Shown here in pieces: positions 1 to 9,685 of a DNA stretch of 64,000 nt. Below the pieces are notes generated by a model. The model made no database searches and was not told where the DNA came from. It saw nothing but the letters and a program-made list of their open reading frames with translations. The DNA comes from an uncultured cyanobacterium (GTDB lineage: Bacteria > Cyanobacteriota > Cyanobacteriia > Cyanobacteriales > Nostocaceae): NCBI GenBank assembly GCA_963740315.1, contig CAVUDP010000001.1, positions 1,344,001 through 1,408,000 of the forward strand, in the 5' to 3' direction. Both the position numbers and the translations under genes were made by a program. How positions within the stretch are numbered: position 1 is the first letter of the stretch; each line of letters begins with the position of its first letter.

Positions 1-1
1 A

Positions 2-451
2 ATGTTACCGCAAATAGAAATTCATAAGCGTTTGGTTTGCACCCGCTACAATCAATTTCTATTTATTACTGCACCTCACCCCATGCTTTTATGGATTACC
101 GTTATTTACCATCGCAAATTCGGCGCGAAATGGCTACCTTACTATCTTGACCTTAAAAGCAATACGGGTAAAGACACTGCTACTCTGTTGGGAAAAACGG
201 GTTACTACCGTCTGGTGTTTTTTGGACGAGAAACTCCTCTCTTTTGCAATCATATTTTACTTTCGAGTATTGCACCTGCTCAAGCAACTCGTCTGCTTGA
301 TTGGGTTAATATGAGTCATATGTTACCATCTTCAGTTCAACCTCAATTTAGCAAAAAGTTGCTTAAAGCTGAGTATGAGAAGATTAAACCGCAAATTTTA
401 GCAAAACTACAAGGAATTAATACAGATTCTCCTTTTGACCTTTCTGCTTAA
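2..451 (+). CDS. Hypothetical protein, C-terminal part (5'-truncated by window edge)
   Basis: Open frame from the window start; followed by a strong hairpin at 451-492; no recognisable motif. Confidence 0.6.
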   Translation: MLPQIEIHKRLVCTRYNQFLFITAPHPMLLWITVIYHRKFGAKWLPYYLDLKSNTGKDTATLLGKTGYYRLVFFGRETPLFCNHILLSSIAPAQATRLLDWVNMSHMLPSSVQPQFSKKLLKAEYEKIKPQILAKLQGINTDSPFDLSA

Positions 452-492
452 GTAAATACCACAGTGTTTATATCAAAACTGTGGTATTTACT
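451..492. terminator. Inverted repeat, probable terminator
   Basis: Perfect 15-bp arms AGTAAATACCACAGT / ACTGTGGTATTTACT directly after the stop codon. Confidence 0.6.
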
Positions 493-855
493 CAGTTAAT
501 ATTAATTTTTTTTAAGAAAATGCGTAGTAAGACTTAAAATACAGTTATAAAAATAAGAGATAGTTTTTGTTTTTTTTGTATGGGAATTAGCGAATTATTG
601 CTTTAAGGTAATCCTTTAGAAGCTCCTGAGACGCAATAAATTTAAGTTTAATTTCTAATGTGCCACCTTGTTAAGGTTTGATGGCGCGAGCTATACACCC
701 TAACTTTGAAAATATTATAAACAGGCTATATTTTTGAAAAATATGTTGTAAGTAAGACTAAGTTTATAGTTGATGCCCCGGCATCCCCAGCTTTTTTCCA
801 ATAGAGCGGAACCTAGCAAGAGAAGGAGGTCATCCACTGTGACACTCACCATATT

Positions 856-1056
856 TTAAGCAGCCCAAGTGGAACCCGAATCTAAGCCCCATTGATGTTT
901 GAGAAGTTCCTGATAAGTCGCTTCTCTCACAACCATTTGTTCGTAAAGCTTGACTAAGAAATCTTGAGCTTGTTCGTGACTCATATCTTTGACTTGGGTT
1001 GCAAAGGAGCGGATGCTAAATTGCTGCTCCAAGGAAAGTTCGATTGATTTGTCCAT
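856..1056 (-). CDS. nblA: Phycobilisome degradation protein NblA
   Basis: 66 aa with LSLEQQFSIRSFATQV..MSHEQA..FLVKLYEQM..RE..Y..LLKHQWGL, typical of Nostocales NblA; GGAG SD upstream. Confidence 0.95.
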   Translation of the reverse strand: MDKSIELSLEQQFSIRSFATQVKDMSHEQAQDFLVKLYEQMVVREATYQELLKHQWGLDSGSTWAA

Positions 1057-1520
1057 TATTTAAACTCCAATAACTAAAAAATAAAAACGTTGGTTACTTC
1101 AGATAAGTTGGTCTGAGTAATCGATAGATTTGTCTTGATTCTTGTTACCCCCTGTATAAAGAAAGATAACAATTGTTTGACATATTTGCCCACAGTCTTA
1201 ATGACTATTTTTGGCTTTTATGTGTTTCGTATCTCTACCCAATGATATAAACCCCAAGTTTTAGCAGCTAAATTTCGGCTTAATTAGAGCTAAGCCAAGC
1301 TTATTTAAATAAATTTATCTAAATAAACTGTCTACAACTCCCTTTTCCTCGTGAAAGCAAAGAGGATTACTTTGTAAGTAATTGTGCAGTTTTGGGGTTT
1401 TCCCCTACGAGCAAATTGCATAATCGTAGGGTTAGCTGCTGCATTCCTTAAGGGGAGTAAGCATGAATTATATTTCTTTACCCTGTAAGGTGCAAGTTGT
1501 CAATTTAGCAAATATTAAAA

Positions 1521-1552
1521 TTTAACCTCCAAAATTTACTTTGGAGGTTAAA
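1521..1552. terminator. Inverted repeat downstream of the PP2C operon
   Basis: TTTAACCTCCAAA..TTTGGAGGTTAAA stem. Confidence 0.5.
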
Positions 1553-1790
1553 GTATTTTTATCAAGTTGTAAGTAGAAAAAATGCTCAGACTGAACAAAT
1601 TGATAAGTATTTTTACTCTGAATGAGAAATAATCCGCTTCCAGATTAAAGATTATTTAGCGGCAATCGTTTTTTCGTAAACCCGCTCATCAATAGATAAA
1701 TCGGTATTTTGCGATCGAATAGAAGAAATAGGAATCTAGACGAAGAGATAAGAAAAACTAATTACTTTGCAAACTTTAAATCGATAAAAA

Positions 1791-2519
1791 TTAATCTTCA
1801 AGTTCAACAATTACAACAGTAATATTATCGTGTCCGCCTTGCTCTTTAGCTCCTTCTATTAAAGACAGAGCGGCTTTTTCGTTGATAGTGTTTTCTTGTA
1901 GATAATAAGCAATTTTTTCATCTGCAAGCTCTTCTGTCAAACCATCGCTGCACAATAAAAGGCGATCGCCGGGTTTTACGTCAACTGGTTGCACGTCAAT
2001 TTCATGGAGATCGTCGCGTCCCAGACAACGAGATAAAACATGACGGAAAGGATGATTTCGGGCTTCTTCTATGTTGATATCGCCCATTTTTAAAGCGCGT
2101 GCAACCCAAGTATGGTCTTCTGTAATAAGTTCTAATAGAGAAGAACGCCAACGATACAAGCGCGAATCTCCTACATGAGCAATATAAGGAGACTCGCCGG
2201 GACGAAATACTATTACAACTACAGTAGTTCCCATATCGGCGCGTTCGGAGTGATTCTGCTGGTCTAGCAAAATCGCTTCATTGGCTTGCCACAAAGCAGA
2301 CTGTAATAACTTTTCCGAAGACTTGGAATTATCCCAATTTGATGACAGGTACTTTTGGATTTCCATAGTGGCAATTCGGCTTGCCTCCTCACCTCCGGCA
2401 TGACCACCCATACCGTCGGCAACAATGAAAAATCGCCCTTCCGGGTCGATATAGTAAGCATCCTGATTATTAGAACGAATAAGTCCCGGATCGCTAAAAC
2501 CCGTGAATTTAAGTTTCAT
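1791..2519 (-). CDS. pphA: PP2C/Stp1-family Ser/Thr phosphatase (PphA-like)
   Basis: Motifs NQDA, VADGMGGH, MGTT, HVGDSR, LLCSDGL, HDNIT; adjacent to an ABC1 kinase as in other cyanobacteria. Confidence 0.85.
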   Translation of the reverse strand: MKLKFTGFSDPGLIRSNNQDAYYIDPEGRFFIVADGMGGHAGGEEASRIATMEIQKYLSSNWDNSKSSEKLLQSALWQANEAILLDQQNHSERADMGTTVVVIVFRPGESPYIAHVGDSRLYRWRSSLLELITEDHTWVARALKMGDINIEEARNHPFRHVLSRCLGRDDLHEIDVQPVDVKPGDRLLLCSDGLTEELADEKIAYYLQENTINEKAALSLIEGAKEQGGHDNITVVIVELED

Positions 2520-2536
2520 ATAGTTTCATATTTAAA

Positions 2537-4222
2537 CTAATACATACGGTCATAACGGTCGAGGCGCAGAAGCAATCTAATCAACAACCACGATACACAC
2601 AAAGCAATTAAACCCGTACATATTGCGAACCATATATAATCATGAACCAACAATATTGTAGCTGAAAGAGTAAATCCACTGATAATCAGGGCATAAGTTC
2701 CCCCTAGCTGAATATTTGCTTGTCTTCGCAGCAAACGCTCTGTTTCAATAGACCGAACACGCACGCGCACATCTCCCCGTTCGAGTTTTTCTAGTGTCTC
2801 TTCCAGTCTCCGTGGTAGACTAAATGCACTAGTACTTACCTGAACTGCTTGACGACCTAGTTCGTTAATTAAACTATTCCCCTCCGAACCATTCATATCA
2901 CTCATAAGGTTCATTGCATATGGTCTTGCGACTTCCATAAAGCTGAATTCTGGATCTAACCCCTTACCGACTCCTTCAAGAGTAGAAAAAGCTCTCATCA
3001 CAAAAGTAAAAGTAGCCGGAAATCTAAATGGCTGATCGTAAGCTATTTCGTACAAATCTTCACTAATACTTGCTACAGATTGGTTTTCAAAGGGCTTGTC
3101 CATGAAGTGATCCAGCATATACTGAACCGAACGCCGGACAGGTCCCATGTCCTCGCTTGGCGCTAATGCTCCTAACTTGATTAACGAATTGACAACTCGC
3201 TCTCCGTCTTTAGAAGCAACACCAAAAAGTGTATCCATTAATCCTTCGCGCACGTTGGACTTGATTCGTCCCATCATGCCAAAGTCATAAAATATTAACG
3301 CACCATCTGGACTAACCGCAATGTTGCCGGGATGGGGATCGGCATGAAAAAAGCCATTATTGAGCAACTGATGCAGGTAAGCTTCGGCTCCTTGACGAGC
3401 CAGAACTTTTCTATCCAAGCCTGCTGCTTCCAACGCTTCATACTGACTAATCTTAATACCAGGTAGATATTCTAGCGTCAGTACTCTGGGTGAAGCATAG
3501 CGCCAGTAGACGCGGGGAACTTTCACCCATTCCTGACCGCGAAAATTGCGACGGAAAGTATCGGCATTTCGACCTTCTTCGAGATAATCAATTTCTTCCC
3601 AAAGGATGCGGCAACATTCTTCGTAGATGCCAAGCCAATCTCGCCCTCGTCCCCATTTGGGATGATTTTGAAAGTATCTAGTAATACCTTTAAGAATTTT
3701 TAAATCAATTTCAAAAAGTTGTTTTAATCCCGGACGTTGAACCTTAACGACAACCGATTCCCCAGAATGCAACACCGCTTTATGAACTTGTCCCAAGCTA
3801 GCAGCAGCTAAGGGAATAGGTTCAAAACTGGCGAACAATTCAGGAATTTTCTTTCCGAGTTCGTAGCCAATAATTTCTTCTACTTGTTCGTAACTAAAAG
3901 CTGGAACCTTATCCTGGAGCTTTGTTAATTCTTCTACATATTCGCTAGGAAATATATCAGCACGAGTAGAAAATAGCTGACCTACTTTTATGAAAGTCGG
4001 TCCTAAATCTAGCAGAGTGGTACGAATCCAAATTGCTTGCGATTTTCTTCTTGCCGCCTTTTTGGTTTCCGTAGCTCCCCCAGAATAACTCCAGGATTTG
4101 TTGTATAGCCAAAGCTTCAACATTAAAGTCAATACGAATGACCAAATGTCAAAGAAGCGTCGCCTACTAGAATATTTTTTGCGGTTCCAACGGTATGCGT
4201 TATCTGAATAACCCTTTTCCAT
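2537..4222 (-). CDS. AarF/ABC1/UbiB family atypical kinase
   Basis: LGPTFIKVGQ, AAASLGQVHKA, VKVQRP, FFHADPHPGN, YDFGM, C-terminal TM helices; ATG at 4222 (MEKGYSD) preferred over TTG at 4249. Confidence 0.92.
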   Translation of the reverse strand: MEKGYSDNAYRWNRKKYSSRRRFFDIWSFVLTLMLKLWLYNKSWSYSGGATETKKAARRKSQAIWIRTTLLDLGPTFIKVGQLFSTRADIFPSEYVEELTKLQDKVPAFSYEQVEEIIGYELGKKIPELFASFEPIPLAAASLGQVHKAVLHSGESVVVKVQRPGLKQLFEIDLKILKGITRYFQNHPKWGRGRDWLGIYEECCRILWEEIDYLEEGRNADTFRRNFRGQEWVKVPRVYWRYASPRVLTLEYLPGIKISQYEALEAAGLDRKVLARQGAEAYLHQLLNNGFFHADPHPGNIAVSPDGALIFYDFGMMGRIKSNVREGLMDTLFGVASKDGERVVNSLIKLGALAPSEDMGPVRRSVQYMLDHFMDKPFENQSVASISEDLYEIAYDQPFRFPATFTFVMRAFSTLEGVGKGLDPEFSFMEVARPYAMNLMSDMNGSEGNSLINELGRQAVQVSTSAFSLPRRLEETLEKLERGDVRVRVRSIETERLLRRQANIQLGGTYALIISGFTLSATILLVHDYIWFAICTGLIALCVSWLLIRLLLRLDRYDRMY

Positions 4223-4355
4223 AGCTTTTGCAAAGCCGTTGATTTCCAACCGAGCGCAAAATAAGACATTTCATTTCTCCTAGCACTCGGCATTCTTACC
4301 AACGTCCATACCTCTTTATATTTCCTTTTATTATTAATTTTCGATTTCTCTACTT

Positions 4356-4694
4356 TTAAACGGAACCGCTACGATGGCGTTGCAATTCAGTACGCAATAC
4401 AGCGATTTCTGCTCGTAGTTCATCAATCATTGCTTGTAAATCAAGAGGTTCCGAAGTCGATTTTCCAGTTCCTGTCGGCGTGCTATAGGTACCACTAGTA
4501 GCACCAGCAGCTTCAGAAGAACGTTCCGCTCGTTCCATCACTTCAGTGGTAAACGATCGCATATGTTCTTTTAGTTCGGCATCGAGCTTACCAAGTTCGC
4601 TCAAAGCATCGGTAAAAGCGCCTTCCATACGTTCGTTAACAACTTCAGCAACAGCTCTGCCTACGAAAAATGCCTGTACAAGGGGGTTACTCAT
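4356..4694 (-). CDS. Conserved cyanobacterial coiled-coil protein upstream of the ABC1 kinase
   Basis: MSNPLVQAFFVGRAVAEV...LQAMIDELRAEIA..R.ELQ.R pattern; co-oriented with the kinase. Confidence 0.75.
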   Translation of the reverse strand: MSNPLVQAFFVGRAVAEVVNERMEGAFTDALSELGKLDAELKEHMRSFTTEVMERAERSSEAAGATSGTYSTPTGTGKSTSEPLDLQAMIDELRAEIAVLRTELQRHRSGSV

Positions 4695-5676
4695 AATTAG
4701 TTTTTTTTATGTTTATCCGCAAAAAAATTATAACTTGCCGCTATACCCAACGTGTTTATAAAATTATGATTTGCTTTGTATTTTTTTGAGTTGGTTTTAA
4801 TAAAAAGCCATATATCTTGCCATAAATCTCTATAGTATAGAGGTTTGAAGAGATTGTAGTTCTAGTTCGCTAGTTTACTTAACAATTCAAGACTTACCAA
4901 TATAAATACAAACACCAATACCCGTAAAAAGAGCGATCGCCCTACTAACTTAAGGAATACATCTTTAGGAATAAATTTTGTTTATGTCATCAAAGCCAAA
5001 CAATATATTTTAATGCATCCGATAGTTCCTCTTCTAGGGCTTTCAAACAGACTTCCTCGATCCCGTCCGTGCCGATTTTATGTATAAAGGGTTACTTACT
5101 TTTCAGTTGTCTAAGTCTTCAAAATATATTTTTAGTCTTATTTATTATAAAAATAATATTAAAATTATTTTTTTGAATCAAAACAATAAAATAATAGCTC
5201 TTCAAAAGGTGCGCTTAAATTTCGCCAAAAAGCGCCGAAATACCCACTGTAAAAAGATGATTGCCCTCCATTATTAACATTATTTACTTGAGTCGTCTTT
5301 TCCCCTACTTCTTACCCTTTCTTCAACGACTATTTAATTAGTAGAAACTTGTACGGAAAAATCTAAATTTGTTATTTTCACTCGGATAAATCCATCAATA
5401 TAACTTGTTATTAAATAAAAATTATTTTGATTAATTTTTAAGCATATCATAACTCAGTAATTTTCGTCAAATTTAAACGGGGGCGTATGTATAGCCACCG
5501 CAATGACTTTAAATCCAAAGTTACTCGTGCGTAAGTCTTAAATCATTTTACCCTCAAATTTTTATTTTAAATTCTTGTGATGCTCAGTAGCTTAATAATA
5601 TATTTTTTAATGCCTGAAAATTTAATTTATCAAGACCAGTGAAAGTGATTCCTCAGTTAATTGTTAAGTTAGTTAA

Positions 5677-5742
5677 ACTTTAACAACGTAAATGTTGTTA
5701 AAGTAATGTATATTGAGTTAAAGCAACATAAATGTTGCTTTA
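5677..5742. promoter_or_regulatory. Pair of related palindromes, candidate tandem operators
   Basis: ACTTTAACAAC-GTAAAT-GTTGTTAAAGT (5677-5704) and TAAAGCAACAT-AA-ATGTTGCTTTA (5719-5742), upstream of the LysR gene. Confidence 0.5.
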
Positions 5743-5855
5743 GTCATGAATTCTATACATATGGTCAATAAAAACTGTATATAGTGCAAAGCTAGTAAGT
5801 CTCGCTGTTGAATCACTAAGTAAAAATCCAACACTAGTAATAGTTAATAATTTCT

Positions 5856-6872
5856 ATGAAAAGTTACGCAGGAGATGTCAGACAGAAAGATACCCTCTTG
5901 AAATCAATTACTTTAGACCAATTACAGGTGTTTGAAGCTGCTGCAAGACACTCTAGTTTTACTCGTGCGGCAGAAGAATTATTTGTAACTCAGCCAACTG
6001 TATCGATGCAAGTAAAACATCTTACGCAAGCGATAGGTGTACCTTTATTTGAATACGTCGGAAAGCGTATCTATCTAACAGAAGCAGGAAGAGAGGTTTT
6101 AAGTACCTGCAAAGAAATCTTTAAATGTCTCGACAGGTTAGAAACTACCATTGTCGATTTAAAAGGAATGAAACAGGGAAGACTTCGACTAGCAGCAGTT
6201 ACTACAACTAAATATTTCATTCCTAAATTACTCAAACCGTTTTGTACACTTTATCCCGGCGTTAGTGTTTGCCTAGAAATAACCAATCATCAGGTACTGT
6301 TATCCCGGTTGAACGAGAATCTTGATGACCTTTATATTCTTAGTTGCCCGCCGGAAAGAGACGATATCGAAACAAAAGCGTTTTTGGATAACCCGTTAGT
6401 TGTAGTTGCGCCATGCGATCATCCGCTCGCTCTTAAGCGTAATATTTCACTAAAATGCTTAACAAACGAACCTTTTATTATGCGAGAACAAGGTTCTGGA
6501 ACTCGCAAAGTAGTACAGCAATTTTTTGCTCAGAATAAAATATCAGTATCTATAAATCTGGAGCTTGGCAGCAATGAAGCTATTCAGCAAGCCGTAATTG
6601 ACGGTTTGGGGCTTTCAATTTTATCCCTTCATACTCTAAATTCTACAGAGATTGTAAATAAACTAGCGATATTGGATGTTGAGGGTTTTCCTTTATATCG
6701 TCAGTGGCACGTAGCTTATCCTAAAAAAAAGCAACTTTCGATTACTGCCAGCACTTTTCTAGAATATTTGCTCGTACAAAGTCGGCAATTTTCTGTTGAC
6801 GAAAAAAATCCTTTACAACTGATTAAAGCTTTACAAATGATGTCCTCATTTGCCATGCCACAAAGCAGATAA
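5856..6872 (+). CDS. LysR-family regulator, CbbR/RbcR/CmpR-like
   Basis: HTH TLDQLQVFEAAARHSSFTRAAEELFVTQPTVSMQVK; GRLRLAAVTTTKYFIP; REQGSGTR; SNEAI. Confidence 0.9.
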   Translation: MKSYAGDVRQKDTLLKSITLDQLQVFEAAARHSSFTRAAEELFVTQPTVSMQVKHLTQAIGVPLFEYVGKRIYLTEAGREVLSTCKEIFKCLDRLETTIVDLKGMKQGRLRLAAVTTTKYFIPKLLKPFCTLYPGVSVCLEITNHQVLLSRLNENLDDLYILSCPPERDDIETKAFLDNPLVVVAPCDHPLALKRNISLKCLTNEPFIMREQGSGTRKVVQQFFAQNKISVSINLELGSNEAIQQAVIDGLGLSILSLHTLNSTEIVNKLAILDVEGFPLYRQWHVAYPKKKQLSITASTFLEYLLVQSRQFSVDEKNPLQLIKALQMMSSFAMPQSR

Positions 6873-6985
6873 AATTAAAAATCGAAATATTTTAAATTTT
6901 CAATTTTGCCGAAACTTGGCGATGTCGGTTTCCGTGTCGCCAATCTTTCCGACTTTCCATTATGCCAATTCCCAATACCGAGTAA

Positions 6986-7582
6986 TTAATCCAACTCTCG
7001 ACGACCTTCCAAAGCTCTTGCCAAAGTTACTTCATCAGCATATTCTAAATCGCCACCTACTGGTAAACCAAAGGCGATTCGCGTTACCTTGGTGAATGGT
7101 TTAATTAAGTGACCGACATATAGTGTAGTAGTTTCACCTTCTACACTCGGACTAATCGCTAAAATAACCTCTTTGGGATTTCGCTGACTTACTCTTCGTA
7201 CTAAAGGCTGAATATTTAACTGTTCTGGTCCGATACCTTCTATGGGAGAAATCACACCTCCCAAAACATGGTACTTACCTTTGTATTCTCTTGTTTTTTC
7301 CAAAGCAATTACATCGCGAGAATCTGCGACTACACATATAGTTTCGTTGTCGCGCTTGGGATTGCGGCAGATTTCACAAACGGGTTCGGAAGATAAATGA
7401 AAGCATTCTCGACACAAACCGATCCGTTTTTTGGCATCAATTAAAGCTTGTGCTAAAGCCTCTACTTCCGCTTCAGGTCGTTTTAAAATATGCAGCGCTA
7501 ATCTTTGGGCAGTTTTTGGACCAACTCCCGGTAAGCGTTGCAACTGCTCGATTAATTTTGCTAAAGGACGTGCGTAAACCGT
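6986..7582 (-). CDS. recR: Recombination mediator RecR (start extended to ACG at 7582)
   Basis: Hh[15 protein letters not shown]4 zinc finger, YHVLGG Toprim, [12 protein letters not shown]; conserved N-terminus [13 protein letters not shown] lies upstream of the TTG at 7543. Confidence 0.95.
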   Translation of the reverse strand, partial: TVYARPLAKLIEQLQRLPGVGPKTAQRLALHILKRPEAEVEALAQALIDAKKRIGLCRECFHLSSEPVCEICRNPKRDNETICVVADSRDVIALEKTREYKGKYHVLGGVISPIEGIGPEQLNIQPLVRRVSQRNPKEVILAISPSVEGETTTLYVGHLIKPFTKVTRIAFGLPVGGDLEYADEVTLARALEGRRELD

Positions 7583-7720
7583 TTTCTTGTCTCCAGTACT
7601 TGCTTACCTATATATAATGACATTCTTAGAGGATTTTGGATGAGTTTTTTCATAAAAGTATTTAGGAGAGCGCCTTCCGAGCGCGTTTTTAAACCTGGGT
7701 TAATTCGACTTACAGCATCT

Positions 7721-7805
7721 CTTCTGCGAATACACCACTTTATGTAGATAAAGATGAAACAACTTGCTCTAGAGAATTTGATTCGGGACGAAAAAATAAA
7801 GTCGT
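7721..7805 (-). pseudogene. folE: Internally deleted remnant of folE
   Basis: 7741-7805 matches folE 5' end 18861-18925 at 58/65 nt ([21 protein letters not shown] vs [22 protein letters not shown]); 7721-7738 matches folE 3' region 18334-18351 at 17/18 nt. Confidence 0.85.
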
Positions 7806-7965
7806 GATTTTAAGTTAATTACTTTTTATTTCAACATTGTAAATTATTATTTAATACACAATAAAATATCACCCCATAAATTAGACAATATAAGCTAATC
7901 ACAGGGTGTATTTACAGTGCTTCAACCAACTATTTAACTAGCAATAATTACTAATAATATTCTAA

Positions 7966-8994
7966 TCATAGTAAACAATTTTTAAGTTTAAAATGTATTT
8001 CATTTTTGTCTAAATTGCGACCGATGAATACTAACTGATTTTGACGGTTTGTAGTAGACCATTCATCAGCATCGAGTTGATAGCGAGGACCGCTTAATTG
8101 AAAAATATGTCGTAATTCGCTATCGCTAAAGCAGAGGATACCCTTGGCTCTAAACACATTTCCTGGCATTTCTTCATTAATAAATATTTCAAATTTATGC
8201 ACATCAAAAGGGCGATCGCTCTGGAAAGAAATGGAAACAAATCCATCATTTTCTAGATGATTGGAGTGATGGTGATGGTGTTCGTGTTCGTGTTCGTGAT
8301 GATGGTGTTCGTGGCTATCTTCCTCAATCAAGGAAGAATATTCATCTTTAGGAGTCAAGTCCACATCTAAAATTAATGGTAAAGCAACTTTGCCGTAGGA
8401 AGTGCGGAGAATTTTTGCACCAACTTTAGTTTCCTTAATAAAACTTTCTAGCTCTATTAATTTTTCTTCACCAACTAAATCAGTTTTGTTAAGGAGGATA
8501 ATATCACCATAAATTATCTGTTTTAAAGCAGCTTCACTTTGGAAATGTTCGCTATTAAAAGTTTCTGCGTCAATAAGAGTTAGTATGGAATCAATATTGG
8601 TTAAATCTTTGAGTTCTGTTCCTAGAAAAGTTAAAACAATTGGTAATGGGTCAGCTACACCTGTAGTTTCTATAACCATATAATCAATGCGTTCATCTCT
8701 TTCTAAAATTCGATAAACCGCATCAACTAATCCATCGTTAATAGTACAACAAATACAGCCGTTACTCAGTTCCATCATGTCATCATCCGTCGAAATGAGT
8801 AACTGACTATCAATATTAATATCACCAAATTCATTTACAAGCACGGCAACTTTCAAATCTTCTTTGTTATGAAGAATTTGATTGAGTAATGTTGTTTTAC
8901 CACTACCTAAAAATCCGGTAATGATAGTAATAGGCATTCCTCGTTTGGGAATATCAGGAATAACATCAGATTTGGGTGCAGTTAGTTGAGTCAT
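7966..8994 (-). CDS. COG0523/CobW-family G3E GTPase metallochaperone with His-rich loop
   Basis: GFLGSGKTT, VNEFG, GCICC, ETTGVADP, NKTD, HEHHHHEHEHEHHHHH, CobW_C RAKG..LVFIG. Confidence 0.93.
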   Translation of the reverse strand: MTQLTAPKSDVIPDIPKRGMPITIITGFLGSGKTTLLNQILHNKEDLKVAVLVNEFGDINIDSQLLISTDDDMMELSNGCICCTINDGLVDAVYRILERDERIDYMVIETTGVADPLPIVLTFLGTELKDLTNIDSILTLIDAETFNSEHFQSEAALKQIIYGDIILLNKTDLVGEEKLIELESFIKETKVGAKILRTSYGKVALPLILDVDLTPKDEYSSLIEEDSHEHHHHEHEHEHHHHHSNHLENDGFVSISFQSDRPFDVHKFEIFINEEMPGNVFRAKGILCFSDSELRHIFQLSGPRYQLDADEWSTTNRQNQLVFIGRNLDKNEIHFKLKNCLL

Positions 8995-9084
8995 GATTTC
9001 TCCTTATATTTATTACTCGATTTTTATTTTGTTCTGATTATGTTTACGTAAAATTAATTTTCTATTTTTGCTGGTTTACTTAGT

Positions 9085-9267
9085 TCATAGCGATCGAAAT
9101 CATGGTACAAATCCGTAAGAAAAGTGATTTAATTGCTACTGAAACCTCCTAAAACAGCTTTGTACAGTCATAGCCATGATATGAGCGCAAGTACGATCGA
9201 TCTGCTCAAGTTGCTGGGCATCTTTTTCTTGCAAGCCTTCCTAATATTAGGATAATGAACTGACCAT
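9085..9267 (-). pseudogene. thrS: N-terminal remnant of threonyl-tRNA synthetase (ThrS2-like)
   Basis: Reads MVSSLS*Y*EGLQEKDAQQLEQIDRTCAHIMAMTVQ / KLF*EVSVAI / GF-YHDFD across frameshifts, matching ThrRS N2 motif RH(T/S)xAH(I/V)MAMAVQKLFP...GFYYDFD; Zur box 13 nt upstream. Confidence 0.78.
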
Positions 9268-9279
9268 AGGCTATTAGAA

Positions 9280-9294
9280 TGAGAATCGTTATCA
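9280..9294. promoter_or_regulatory. Zur-box-like site
   Basis: TGAGAATCGTTATCA vs consensus TGATAATNATTATCA. Confidence 0.8.
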
Positions 9295-9433
9295 TAATAA
9301 CGCAAAAAGTTGGTTTGATGTGAAGACTTTTTTGAGCAGTAGCAAAGATAAAACTTAATTATGGCGATGACATCGATCGCATTTATTAGCAGTTATAATT
9401 TTTAGAAAAAGATAATACGCAAACTTTCTATAG

Positions 9434-9574
9434 ATATCGGGACTTACGCACGGGTTATGTGTTTACGTCATTACGAACGAAGTAAAGTATTCAGCGTTCA
9501 CCGCGCTTGTGCGGCTCAGCTGTGGATCGTCGCAAAACCTTGTTTTTCGTCACGAGTGCGTAAGTCCTGGATAT
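9434..9574. mobile_element. Miniature inverted-repeat element / dispersed repeat
   Basis: Terminal inverted repeats GGACTTACGCAC (9440-9451) / GTGCGTAAGTCC (9556-9567); GC-rich interior resembles the element at 50541-50673. Confidence 0.6.
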
Positions 9575-9685
9575 AAATACACTGCTTTTGCTATTGTTTG
9601 AGACAGTACTTAAAGGCTATTTATGAGGTGTATTAATCATAGGTGGCTATAATTAAGTTGTAAAACCTAGTTACCGTCAAGATTT

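Noticed and set aside
4130..4280. AGGAG-preceded out-of-frame ORF (MSYFALGWK...) overlapping the ABC1 kinase start
   Set aside because: Cannot be separated from chance without conservation data
5080..5277. 65-aa AT-rich ORF in the long intergenic region
   Set aside because: No SD, low-complexity K/I/N composition, no recognisable motif
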